A stretch of DNA of 40,499 nucleotides from a virus (IMGVR_UViG_3300036786_000065:1-40499), one strand, 5' to 3'. Shown: positions 8,657 through 17,308, counted from the stretch's first letter. Made by a program: numbers and translations. The notes: generated by a model not told the origin, from the sequence alone.

Positions 8657-9729
8657 CCACGCCAGACCTCCAATTCTGGGATGCCCTGCCGCGCGAGGCT
8701 CGCAACGAGCTGCCTGGTAATGCCTGCGTGCTGCTGGCGGCGATCGAGGGCATGCGCCGCCAGCGCGGCGTCGAGACCTTCGAGGCCACGGATGAGCAGC
8801 TCGCGCGGGCCTGCGGTCGGTCGGTCTACTTCGTGGCTCGCGCGCTCCCCCACCTGCGCGGCCGGTGGGTGACCTGGGAGCGCGACCACGGCCGCCGGAT
8901 GCTCACGGTCGCCTACCGGCTCAAGAGCCTCGACGAGCCCAAACAGGCAGACGACTTCTCAGCGCATGCGCGTAGACCTATCAGCGCATGCGCGAAGACG
9001 TCTAAGCGCATGCGCGGAGACGTCTTCGCGCATGCGCTGATGCTCCCCTTTACAGAGGAACGCGCGGGGAATGCAGAGCTTTCTGAGAGCGAAGAAGAGC
9101 GTCCCGTCAGAGGGCCCGATTCGACCCCGGCGCATCCCGTTGCCCAGGACGGGACGGGACGGGACGATTTCGCTTCGCTCTCGGAGGGGGGACCCGAGCC
9201 GCCGCCGGCCATGTCGATCTCCGAGATCGAGGCGGAGCTGGCCGAGGCCGAGGCCGAGATCGCCAGGGCCGAGGCGAGCCGCCGGCCCGTGCCCGTCATG
9301 GCCCGGTTCCGCCGCACCGTCCTCCGCCGCGAACTGGAGGACCTCCGCAACCCCGCTCCGCCGCCCCGGCCGGCGACCACGCCCACCCCGACGCCCCTTC
9401 CCTCCCCCGCGCCGATGCGCCCCGGACCACCCCGGGCCGCCCCTCCCCCACCCAAGCTGATCGACGACGCGATCGCGTTCCTGGCCCTCGGCGAGCCCGG
9501 CCGGCGGCGGTTCGCCGTGGCCCTGGGCGAGGCCCTGGGCGAGCCCGACAACCCCCGGACGTTCGAGACCCTGTTCGACGCCGCAACGCTTTTGCGGCCC
9601 GACTGGCTCGCTGGCCGGGTACGCTACGCCTTGCGGCCGGGGATACGCGTCCCCGGGAATTACCTGGTCCAGACGCTCGCCAAGGACCTGCGGGTCAAAC
9701 GGCAGGCCCCAAACGGAGGACGACCATGA
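8653..9729 (+). CDS. Replication initiator (winged-HTH, lambda O/DnaD-like layout)
   Basis: HTH (TDEQLARACGRSVYFVARALPHL) followed by internal iteron array and Pro-rich linker. Confidence 0.7.
   Translation: MTTPDLQFWDALPREARNELPGNACVLLAAIEGMRRQRGVETFEATDEQLARACGRSVYFVARALPHLRGRWVTWERDHGRRMLTVAYRLKSLDEPKQADDFSAHARRPISACAKTSKRMRGDVFAHALMLPFTEERAGNAELSESEEERPVRGPDSTPAHPVAQDGTGRDDFASLSEGGPEPPPAMSISEIEAELAEAEAEIARAEASRRPVPVMARFRRTVLRRELEDLRNPAPPPRPATTPTPTPLPSPAPMRPGPPRAAPPPPKLIDDAIAFLALGEPGRRRFAVALGEALGEPDNPRTFETLFDAATLLRPDWLAGRVRYALRPGIRVPGNYLVQTLAKDLRVKRQAPNGGRP
8959..9040. repeat. Iteron array, putative replication origin
   Basis: Palindromic GCGCATGCGC at 8962, 8984, 9006, 9028 (exact 22-bp period); last unit inverted. 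Confidence 0.8.
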
Positions 9730-9950
9730 TCCCGGATGCCCCTAACTCCCCGACCGCGCCGCCCCTGCCGCCCGGCGTCGGCTTCGTGATCATCATGGCC
9801 GGCGCGACCACGCTCCTGGCCTTCGAGAACGGCCTGGTGAACGCGGCGGAGGTGATCTCAATCCGCAACCAGGGCGATGGGCGGTCGTGCGTCGATCTCA
9901 AGCGGGAAAACCCGAATCAGCAGGATACCGTGATGCTCAAGAATCGTTAG
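9726..9950 (+). CDS. Hypothetical protein
   Basis: ATGA overlap with rep; GGAGG RBS. Confidence 0.55.
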   Translation: MIPDAPNSPTAPPLPPGVGFVIIMAGATTLLAFENGLVNAAEVISIRNQGDGRSCVDLKRENPNQQDTVMLKNR

Positions 9951-10140
9951 AGGCCGGCTCCAGGACCTCGAGCGGGAGCACGGCCTTCTGAGGGGCATGG
10001 CTGTGATCGAACCAGTAGCAAACGTGGGTCCGCCTGAGTGTGTCGGACAGCTCGCCGAGCGTCATGACCGGACCGCCCGACTTCAACTTAACCAAGTCAC
10101 CCGGTTTCATCGGATCGCCCTCTCCAAGTTCGGCGCATGA

Positions 10141-10192
10141 ACCGACCCCCGGGTCCTCGTCAAAGAACCCCCGGGGGCCGGTCTCGAAAGCG
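10141..10192 (+). ncRNA. Candidate structured cis-RNA motif, copy 2
   Basis: Identical 23-mer at 10151-10173 on a different lower stem, followed by TCGAAAGCG. Confidence 0.45.
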
Positions 10193-10270
10193 GACGATCC
10201 TTCGGAACCCCACCCTTAGCACGGAACAAGCGTCCATGACAAGAGTATTTTTCCTCGCGATCGCCTGGTC

Positions 10271-10292
10271 GGCCGGGACGCAAATCCCGGCC
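10271..10292 (-). terminator. Hairpin directly downstream of the tRNA 3' fragment
   Basis: GGCCGGGA-CGCAAA-TCCCGGCC. Confidence 0.5.
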
Positions 10293-10294
10293 AG

Positions 10295-10336
10295 TGGAGC
10301 GGAAGGGGATCGAACCCTCAACCTCAGCATTGCGAA
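10295..10336 (-). other. attP core: 3' half of tRNA-Ala(CGC)
   Basis: Minus strand TTCGCAA-TGCTG-AGGTT-GAGGG-TTCGATC-CCCTT-CCGCTCC-A: anticodon loop, T arm, acceptor strand with U70/A73; about 90 bp from the integrase. Confidence 0.85.
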
Positions 10337-10425
10337 GTCGCAGATTGCCCAGTTTACCCAAGCTCCGGCCCGATTGACAGATTACACTCTCCCCGGGGAA
10401 CCTAGTTATCGGGGAGAAAACGGCG

Positions 10426-11346
10426 ATGGCCAAGCTCGACTTTCGGCAGTTTCAGAGCGAGATCCTGTCACTCTACGGCCCGGGCTTACGCTCGCCCCGG
10501 ACCAAGAAAAAACTAGCCCATATCCTCGACTCCGTGGCGGCGTTACCTGGGGTCAAGACCACGGCCGACCTGACACCGGCCACCGTGGCGGCGTTCGTGT
10601 CGACGCTGGCGACGCTGAACCCGAACACGGCCAACGGCTACCTCGGGTACCTCCGACGGGCCTGCAACTACGCGGTCGCCCGGGGCTATCTCCGGGCCAG
10701 CCCGTTCGCCGCGCACAACTTCCGGTTGCGGCCCCGGCCGCCGGCCGACGCGCACCTCGGGGCCGACCAGGTGGGGGCGATCCTGGCCCATCTGGCGGGG
10801 TCGCGGGCGACCTGGGAGGAGCATCGGCTTTACGCGCTGATCGCGACCTTCGCGTTCACGGGCCTGCGGCGCGACGAGGGCCTTCGGCTTCGGGTCGCGG
10901 ACGTGGACCTCGCCAACCGGGTGATCCAGGTGGTGGACCGCGCCAGCTCACCACTGAAGACCGAGGGATCGGCCGCTCCGGTGCCGATCGCCGAGGTCCT
11001 GGCCGAGGTCCTGGCCGAGTGGCTCCCCCGCTCGGGCTCGCCCTGGGCGTTCCCGGGGATCACGCGGGTCGGTCCCTGGACGGGAGGACCGGCGGGCAAG
11101 CGCCCCCTGGACGAGGCCAAGGCGGCGGCCCTGGCGGCTGGGGTCGCTGGCCTGACGTTCCGGGGCTTGCGGCAGACCTGGGCGACGATGGCCGAAAGCC
11201 GATGGGGACTCTCGGAGCTGGTCGTGCAGCGCGTGCTCCGGCATGCGCGGCCACAGACCCAGCAGCTCTACCGCAAGGCCGACCTGCCGAACCTGACCGC
11301 GGCCGTCCGCGACCTCACGTTCCCCCCGGCCTCGCCCTTGCCCTGA
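10426..11346 (+). CDS. int: Tyrosine recombinase / phage integrase
   Basis: TGLRRDE, LKT, RGLR (in place of HxLR), LRH, TQQLY catalytic motifs. Confidence 0.92.
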   Translation: MAKLDFRQFQSEILSLYGPGLRSPRTKKKLAHILDSVAALPGVKTTADLTPATVAAFVSTLATLNPNTANGYLGYLRRACNYAVARGYLRASPFAAHNFRLRPRPPADAHLGADQVGAILAHLAGSRATWEEHRLYALIATFAFTGLRRDEGLRLRVADVDLANRVIQVVDRASSPLKTEGSAAPVPIAEVLAEVLAEWLPRSGSPWAFPGITRVGPWTGGPAGKRPLDEAKAAALAAGVAGLTFRGLRQTWATMAESRWGLSELVVQRVLRHARPQTQQLYRKADLPNLTAAVRDLTFPPASPLP

Positions 11347-11519
11347 CCAGCCTCCAGGCCGGCACCCCCCCGCCGGCCCCCACGGCCGCCTCGGACGAGG
11401 CGCGGCTCACGGCGATCGGGGCGGCGCTGGCCGTCGGCGTGCCGGTGGGCCTGTTTATGACGTTCGTCGCCGTCATCCTGCTTCGGTCCCACCGGGACCG
11501 GAAGGGGGGTGCCGCTTGA
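11343..11519 (+). CDS. Possible single-pass membrane micro-protein
   Basis: Fills the int-parA gap exactly; hydrophobic LTAIGAALAVGVPVGLFMTFVAVILL; start (CTG) uncertain. Confidence 0.35.
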   Translation: MTSLQAGTPPPAPTAASDEARLTAIGAALAVGVPVGLFMTFVAVILLRSHRDRKGGAA

Positions 11520-12316
11520 TCACCGCGAGCATCGCCAACCGCAAGGGCGGCGTCGGCAAGACCACGATCACCCACCACCTGGCCGGGGCGCTGGCCGCCT
11601 TGGGCCTGAAGGTGCTGCTGGTCGATTACGATCCCCAGTCGTCGCTCACGCTGGGCCTGATGGACGCCACGCTGGCCGAGGGCCTGCCCCCCGACCAGAC
11701 CGTGGCCGCGATCGAGGCCGGGTCCGGCCCCGACCCCCAGGACCTGGTCGTCCGGGCGTGGGAGGGCGTGGGCCTGGTGCCGGGCTCGCCGGCCCTGGCG
11801 CAATACGACTTCGCGAGCCCATTCCGGCCGGGGGTCCGCCGCGCGGCGCTGCGCCACTTCCTGGCGGAGGCCGGGGCGGAGGGGGCCTGGGATTACTGCC
11901 TGGTCGACTGCCCGCCCAGCTTGCAGGCCCTCACGGCGTCGGCCCTAGCCGCGTCGGAATGGCTGATCGCGCCGACGACGCCCGACAAGTATTCGGTGCT
12001 CGGGCTGGTGCCCGTGGTCGAGTTTGTCGGGCAGTCCCGGGAGGAGGACAACCCACTCCTGAAGCTCGCGATCGTGGTCAACCGCCGCGAGACCCGGAGC
12101 AACGCGCACTCGATCTGGAGCAACACCCCGCGCGACACCTACGGCGACCTGGTGATGGTCGCCGAGCTGCCCAAGAGCACGGTGTACGAGGAGGCCGTGG
12201 CGCAGGGACTCCCGGTGACGACGGCCGACCCCAGGAGCAAGGCCGCCGACGCGATCCGCGCGCTGGCGTCCGAGTTCGTGCTGAAGACGGGAGGGCACCG
12301 CGATGGCCAGCTCTAG
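11516..12316 (+). CDS. parA: ParA/Soj family partition ATPase
   Basis: NRKGGVGKTT deviant Walker A, VDYDPQ, VDCPP. Confidence 0.95.
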   Translation: MITASIANRKGGVGKTTITHHLAGALAALGLKVLLVDYDPQSSLTLGLMDATLAEGLPPDQTVAAIEAGSGPDPQDLVVRAWEGVGLVPGSPALAQYDFASPFRPGVRRAALRHFLAEAGAEGAWDYCLVDCPPSLQALTASALAASEWLIAPTTPDKYSVLGLVPVVEFVGQSREEDNPLLKLAIVVNRRETRSNAHSIWSNTPRDTYGDLVMVAELPKSTVYEEAVAQGLPVTTADPRSKAADAIRALASEFVLKTGGHRDGQL

Positions 12317-13757
12317 CGCGAAGAAGAAGCGGATCGAGGCCAGCGCGGCGGCGGCCCTCGCGCCCCGGCCGCCGAAGGTCGCCGCCCCGCCGAAGGAGGA
12401 TGGGCCGGGGCGGGTCCGGATCCGGGTGGACGACGCGGCGTTCCGGGTCCCGCTGGCGCAGCTCCACCCCGACCCCAAACAACCCAGGAAGGAGTTCGAC
12501 GAGGAGGCCCTCCGAAAGTTCGGCCAGCGGCTTCGGCGCAAGCAACTCCAGTCGATCCTCGTGACGCGAGCGATCGAGGGTTACACGATCGTCGACGGCG
12601 AGCGGCGGTACCGCGCCGCCCTGGCCGTGGGCATGACCGAGTTGCTGGCCCGGATCGACTCCTCGGCCGCGACTCCCGCGGACCGGCTGGCCGACCAACT
12701 CGCGGCGAACCTCGATCGCGAAGACCTCTCGGATGCCGACCTGGCCGTTGCGCTGCACGAGCTGCGCGAGGTCCACGGCTGGACTCAGGCGAAGATCGCC
12801 CAGCGGATCGACACCAGCCAGTCCCGGGTCTCTCGGTGCCTGTCCCTGATGGATCTCCCCGCGACGGTGTTCGGCCTGGTGCAAACCAAGGAGCTCGCCC
12901 CCTCGACGGCCCTGGCGATCGCCAAGGCCCATCCCGGCGATGAGCTGGCGGTCGTCGAGGCCGCCCAGGAGGCGGTCGCCAAGGGAACGACGCGGGCGGA
13001 GGTTTTATGCACCGTGCATAAAACCGAGCCGCCTGACCCGGCGCCGTTTGATCGCGGCCTGACCGTGATTGAAGGCCCCGGGAAGGAGCTGCGACCCTAC
13101 ACCGGCAAGGCCGCCGCCCCCGACGTGGCCGATCCGGCCACCTCGGCCGAGGCACACCTGGTCAACGCGAACGGGGTGTACCTCGATCCCGAGGTGATCA
13201 AGGTCCCGATCCCGAAAGGGACGGGATGTGATGCGCAGGTGGCGATCGCCCAAGGGGCCGACGGCCTCTGGCGACATGCCGAGGTGATCGGGATGCCGAT
13301 GGGCCGAGGCGGGCGCAGTTCCTCGGGCGTCATGTCCAAGAGCCCCGGCCTGGCGACCCGCCAATTGGCGATCGGCATGGCCTGCACGCGGATCGTGAGC
13401 TGCTTCCTGAAGCACGGCCACGCCAAGGCGGCGCAGGCCGTCGACGACTTCATCACGGCTCAACAACGCGCCCCGGCAGCCGAAGCCAAGCCCGCGACTC
13501 GCGAGGTCGGGATGCAGGTCTACGGCCCCGGCTTCTCGATGCGATCGCTCGACGCCGGGGCCTTGATGCTCCGCTTCGAGCGGAGGGCGGCCGGCGCGGC
13601 CGGCCGCCAACCCGCGGCGATCTCCCTGCACGAGATGCTCGCCGCCGCGCGGGCGGCCGTCACCATGATCGAGGCCGCGATCGCCGAGGGCTGCAATCGT
13701 CCTGTGGATGAGAGCCTACGCCCGGGAAAAGCCCCCGCGAAGGGAGGCCGCCCATGA
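12303..13757 (+). CDS. parB: ParB/RepB/Spo0J partition protein with long C-terminal extension
   Basis: QPRKEF, VDGERRYRA, NLDREDLS, HTH WTQAKIAQRIDTSQSRVSR. Confidence 0.92.
   Translation: MASSSAKKKRIEASAAAALAPRPPKVAAPPKEDGPGRVRIRVDDAAFRVPLAQLHPDPKQPRKEFDEEALRKFGQRLRRKQLQSILVTRAIEGYTIVDGERRYRAALAVGMTELLARIDSSAATPADRLADQLAANLDREDLSDADLAVALHELREVHGWTQAKIAQRIDTSQSRVSRCLSLMDLPATVFGLVQTKELAPSTALAIAKAHPGDELAVVEAAQEAVAKGTTRAEVLCTVHKTEPPDPAPFDRGLTVIEGPGKELRPYTGKAAAPDVADPATSAEAHLVNANGVYLDPEVIKVPIPKGTGCDAQVAIAQGADGLWRHAEVIGMPMGRGGRSSSGVMSKSPGLATRQLAIGMACTRIVSCFLKHGHAKAAQAVDDFITAQQRAPAAEAKPATREVGMQVYGPGFSMRSLDAGALMLRFERRAAGAAGRQPAAISLHEMLAAARAAVTMIEAAIAEGCNRPVDESLRPGKAPAKGGRP
13001..13025. promoter_or_regulatory. 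parS-like palindrome, copy 2 (inside parB)
   Basis: GGTTTTATGCAC-C-GTGCATAAAACC perfect palindrome, AT-rich within GC-rich CDS. Confidence 0.65.
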
Positions 13758-13975
13758 TCGCCCTGGCCCGGCCCACCACGCCCCGACGCCGCGGCTTCGA
13801 GCCCGGCGATCGGGTCACCCTCGACTGGCCCGTCAACCCCTACCACGGCGCATCGGGTGTCGTGGCCACCGTCGCCGGCGACCAGGTCGGCGTGACCTGG
13901 GAGTTGCTCGGCGATCGCTTCTACGCCCCGTTGCCCGCGCACCGAATCCAGCTCGACAAAGGAGGCCGCCGTTGA
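13754..13975 (+). CDS. Small KOW/SH3-like hypothetical protein
   Basis: FEPGDRV...GASGVV pattern; ATGA coupling. Confidence 0.6.
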   Translation: MIALARPTTPRRRGFEPGDRVTLDWPVNPYHGASGVVATVAGDQVGVTWELLGDRFYAPLPAHRIQLDKGGRR

Positions 13976-14223
13976 ACGACCACGACCAGGACGAGGACAC
14001 CGTGATCGACGCCCGCGTGGCCCTGATCCGCGCCGCCCTGACGGACCCCACGATCCTCGACGACTGGCCCGCCCGCGACGAGGCCACCCCGGGCCGCGTC
14101 CGCGTGTGGCTCGGCCGCCTGTGGCGGGGCTTGCGGCGCTGGGGTGGTGTCGACGTGGGCCACGGCCGGGAGTGCCGCTGCGAGCCGTGCCAGGGGGACC
14201 GCCGCGAGCTGCGGGCGATGTGA
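13972..14223 (+). CDS. Hypothetical protein with HxxxCxCxxC
   Basis: GGAGG RBS, TTGA coupling. Confidence 0.55.
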   Translation: MNDHDQDEDTVIDARVALIRAALTDPTILDDWPARDEATPGRVRVWLGRLWRGLRRWGGVDVGHGRECRCEPCQGDRRELRAM

Positions 14224-14298
14224 AGTCAGTTGTCAGTGGTCAGTTATCAGTTGTCAGTATCCAAATGCGTTCACTGATAACTGACGACTGACAACTTC
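14224..14298. repeat. Intergenic hairpin element, family A
   Basis: (CAGTTGT)-like x4, loop TATCCAAATGCGTTC, (ACTGACA)-like x3; begins at the stop codon. Confidence 0.9.
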
Positions 14299-14317
14299 CG
14301 AGCGAAGCGAGGAAACC

Positions 14318-14584
14318 ATGACCCCCGAGCCCGCGCTGTACGTGATCATCGAGGCGGCCATCGGCGGCCCGGTCACGTTCGTCTCGACGATCCCCGATCA
14401 TAGCGCCTTCGCCGCGTGGTCGGCCCGCAAGTTTCGCAGTCTCGGCGAGGCCGCAATCTACGCGCCGCAGCTCTGCCAACCCGAGGCCCTGTTCTGGGTC
14501 GTCCGCGCGGATGACCCGAAGGTGGAGATCGTCGAGCGGCGATTCAAGCAATCCAACCATCGACAACCGCCGAGCGCACCATAA
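14318..14584 (+). CDS. Hypothetical protein
   Basis: GAGG RBS, 88 aa. Confidence 0.6.
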   Translation: MTPEPALYVIIEAAIGGPVTFVSTIPDHSAFAAWSARKFRSLGEAAIYAPQLCQPEALFWVVRADDPKVEIVERRFKQSNHRQPPSAP

Positions 14585-14630
14585 CAGCCGTTATCAGACC
14601 CACGATTTCCAAACAATCGGAGTCAAGAAC

Positions 14631-14903
14631 ATGATGCTCGCGGACCTGCTCTACTATGCCGACGTGGATGGCGAGCTGGTCCCGGTGGTCTGCCCCTCGG
14701 GCGACCATGTGGACTCCACCGAGTTCGACAGGCTCCTCTGCCTGGCCGGCTGCAAACGCTTCGTCCGCCGTGCGCAGACGCGCGAGCGTCCTCATCCACT
14801 CCCTCCCATGAGCGTCGAATACGTCCTCGTTATCGAAATCGAGCCCGGCGTCAGGATCCGGATACCGATGACGTGCCTCAAACGCTACGCGGACGCGAAC
14901 TGA
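14631..14903 (+). CDS. Hypothetical protein
   Basis: GGAG RBS, 90 aa. Confidence 0.55.
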   Translation: MMLADLLYYADVDGELVPVVCPSGDHVDSTEFDRLLCLAGCKRFVRRAQTRERPHPLPPMSVEYVLVIEIEPGVRIRIPMTCLKRYADAN

Positions 14904-14924
14904 CTAGCTCGAAGGACGACCGTC

Positions 14925-15263
14925 ATGGGCATCCTCCCCGATCGCCGCCCTCCCGACCTCCCCGGCCAGCTCCTCATCCCCGGCCGGGGCTTCCCCCGCC
15001 CGCGCCGCAACCGCACGGCCCGCGTCGCCTACCGGGTGAGCTGGTGTGGGTTCAGCGCGATCGTCGTCGAGGTGACACCGGGCCGAGCCGCGACGCGATT
15101 CCTTCAATCCATGCGTCCCCAGTACCGGCACGAGATCCAATTCACCGCGATCCGCGTGGTCCGCGCCCCCGATCACGACGGCTGGGCCAGGCTCCAGCCG
15201 GTGGGCTCGGTCCATGCCGGGGGCGACGTGCCGGCTACCGATCGACCGGACACACTTGTCTGA
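14925..15263 (+). CDS. Hypothetical protein
   Basis: AAGGA RBS, 112 aa. Confidence 0.55.
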   Translation: MGILPDRRPPDLPGQLLIPGRGFPRPRRNRTARVAYRVSWCGFSAIVVEVTPGRAATRFLQSMRPQYRHEIQFTAIRVVRAPDHDGWARLQPVGSVHAGGDVPATDRPDTLV

Positions 15264-15335
15264 GTGGTCAGTTTTCAGTGAATGCCAATGCGTGAATCCG
15301 TCGGACTGACAACTGACAACTGACAACTGATAACT
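15263..15335. repeat. Intergenic hairpin element, family A
   Basis: Spans from one stop codon to the convergent stop codon; loop contains AATGCGT. Confidence 0.9.
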
Positions 15336-15591
15336 AAAGCCCTCGCTCGGCCGCCCACTCCTGATTCCATTCCCGGTGCAGGTCCGATCGCCGGGGCGTG
15401 TCCCGCCAGGCGTCGAGCAGCTCCGCCAGCTCGCCGGCCAGGCCGGGCTCGACCTCGGCCAGGGCGATCGGCCCGAGGTCCACGCGCGGCGAGTCCTCGT
15501 CCTCGGTCGCGCGGATCCAGAGCCGGCCCTCGCGGTCGAGCGCGAGGTGGGCCGTCATGAGCCAGGGATCGAGCCAGGAGGTGTGGGTCAC
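15334..15591 (-). CDS. Hypothetical protein
   Basis: GTGA coupling with methyltransferase. Confidence 0.6.
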   Translation of the reverse strand: MTHTSWLDPWLMTAHLALDREGRLWIRATEDEDSPRVDLGPIALAEVEPGLAGELAELLDAWRDTPRRSDLHREWNQEWAAERGL

Positions 15592-16349
15592 GGGGCCACC
15601 GCCCCGGCGAGGCGACGCTCGGCGATGGCGAAGTAACCGGGGTCACGCTCGATGCCGATGAACGATCGGCCCTCTTCCACGGCCGAGACGCCGAACGATC
15701 CCGAGCCCATCGTGTTGTCGAGCACCGCGTCGCGGGGGTTGCTGTAGGTGCGGATCAGGTAGGAGCCGAGAGCGACGGGCTTTTGGGTGGGATGAACCTT
15801 GCCGGCCCAATTTCCGTTCGCGGCTACGACGATTGAGGTGGGATAATAAGCATCAGACGATACAGCCAGATTTTTATACGACCCGTAACATTCGGACGTC
15901 CGTCCCCCCGAACCTTTCACCCGATGGGCACCCGCCCGCATGATCGGCCTGTATGTGCCACGGCCAAGAGTCGAGGGGCTGAAGACCGCGATATCTTGGT
16001 GAACGCGCAAGGGCATCTTTTTCGCGTTCAGGTGTCCCGTGGGGCATCGCTGGTCCCATACCAGGCTGTACCGAAACCACTTCCGATTGCTCATCACGAG
16101 CATCGACGTGAACGGCTGGCTGGCCGTCAAAACGACCGCTCCGCGCGGCTTCAGGATGCGGCGGTAGTGAGCCCAGAGCGGCTCGAAGGGAATGATCGTG
16201 TCCCACTTGCAGGCCGTCGTGCCGTAGGGGAGATCGGCCAGGATGAGATCAACCGACCCATCGGCGACCTCGCCCATCCGCTCCAGGCAGTCGCCCAGCA
16301 AGAGCCGCGCGCCGCCGATCGTCACGTCTCCCGCCGCGCCGCAAGCCAT
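15588..16349 (-). CDS. Orphan N6A/N4C DNA methyltransferase (beta class)
   Basis: GDCLE, DLPYG catalytic motif, HPTQKP, LDNTMGSGS SAM-binding motif. Confidence 0.93.
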   Translation of the reverse strand: MACGAAGDVTIGGARLLLGDCLERMGEVADGSVDLILADLPYGTTACKWDTIIPFEPLWAHYRRILKPRGAVVLTASQPFTSMLVMSNRKWFRYSLVWDQRCPTGHLNAKKMPLRVHQDIAVFSPSTLGRGTYRPIMRAGAHRVKGSGGRTSECYGSYKNLAVSSDAYYPTSIVVAANGNWAGKVHPTQKPVALGSYLIRTYSNPRDAVLDNTMGSGSFGVSAVEEGRSFIGIERDPGYFAIAERRLAGAVAP

Positions 16350-16387
16350 CCGTCACCCCTTGCGATAATGACCACTTCCACAACCGC

Positions 16388-16615
16388 TCATCCCTTCGCC
16401 CGCTTCGGCTTCGGTCGCGCCGCCGTCTCGACCAGGCGGAGGTTGAGCACGCGGCCGATCCGCTCGGCCGTGGCCAGCTTCAGGTCGCAGGTGCCGACGA
16501 CGAACTTCTGGACCACGCTCGGGCAGACGTCGGCCTCGATCGCGACGTCGCGGAGCGACCGGCCCGATTCGGCCAGGGTGCGGCGCAGGGTGTTGGCCCA
16601 TCCGGGAATGTTCAT
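16388..16615 (-). CDS. XRE-family HTH regulator
   Basis: 75 aa; SLRDVAIEADVCPSVVQKFVVG...LATAERI; ATGA coupling with resolvase. Confidence 0.8.
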   Translation of the reverse strand: MNIPGWANTLRRTLAESGRSLRDVAIEADVCPSVVQKFVVGTCDLKLATAERIGRVLNLRLVETAARPKPKRAKG

Positions 16616-17274
16616 GCTTGTGGCCTCTTGAGGACGCGGGTGATCGTGGACGGGGGCCACTTCCGGCCCGTGCGCTCGGCCATGAGGCGGGAGATCGCCC
16701 GGGCGCCCAGGCCGTCGCGATCGCGGAGCACGCGGATCATCGCGAGGTCGGCCATCTCCACCGCGTCGGGCACGAGGGTCCGGCCGTCGCCGGCGAGCTT
16801 CGCGCCGCGCGGGATCGTGCCGGTACGCTCTCCGTTCGATCGCTTGTGACGCAGCGCGTCGCGGGTGCGTTCGGCGATCGCCTCGCGCTCCCACTGGGCG
16901 ACCGACATGAGAATGTTTAACACCATCCGCCCGGCGGCCGTGCGGGTGTCGATCGAGTCGCCGACCGACCAGAGGTGGCGGCCGGCGTCGGACCCGAAGT
17001 GGGCCTCGATCAGCACGGCCCAGTCAGCCACTGACCGCGAGAGTCGATCGAGCTTGGCGATCACCAGCCCGTCGGCCTCACCTCGAATCAGCCGGGCCAG
17101 GGCGTCGGAGAGACCGGGCCGATCGAGCGACTTGGCCGAGACCCCGTGGTCCCGGACCACGTCCACCAGGTCGATCTCGTGGAGCGCGCAGTAGCCCCGG
17201 ACCTTGGCCTCCTGGGCCTCGATCGAGACGACCTGTTCGTCGGTGCTGACCCGGACATATCCGATCGCCCGCAT
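16612..17274 (-). CDS. Serine recombinase (resolvase family)
   Basis: GYVRVST, RPGL, AKLDRLSRS, C-terminal HTH. Confidence 0.92.
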   Translation of the reverse strand: MRAIGYVRVSTDEQVVSIEAQEAKVRGYCALHEIDLVDVVRDHGVSAKSLDRPGLSDALARLIRGEADGLVIAKLDRLSRSVADWAVLIEAHFGSDAGRHLWSVGDSIDTRTAAGRMVLNILMSVAQWEREAIAERTRDALRHKRSNGERTGTIPRGAKLAGDGRTLVPDAVEMADLAMIRVLRDRDGLGARAISRLMAERTGRKWPPSTITRVLKRPQA

Positions 17275-17308
17275 CTCGTTGCGCCGCCTCGATAAAGGTC
17301 CGTCGCCT

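Noticed and set aside
10295-10366. Functional phage-encoded tRNA-Ala
   Set aside because: D and anticodon stems do not pair; better explained as attP
10990-11018. 12-bp tandem repeat in the integrase; also hexamer repeats near 17967 and a duplicated TTERDTL in the scaffold
   Set aside because: Short in-frame coding duplications with no sign of separate function
16612-17274. Tail-fibre DNA invertase system
   Set aside because: Not adjacent to tail genes and no inverted crossover sites flanking alternative fibre ends were seen
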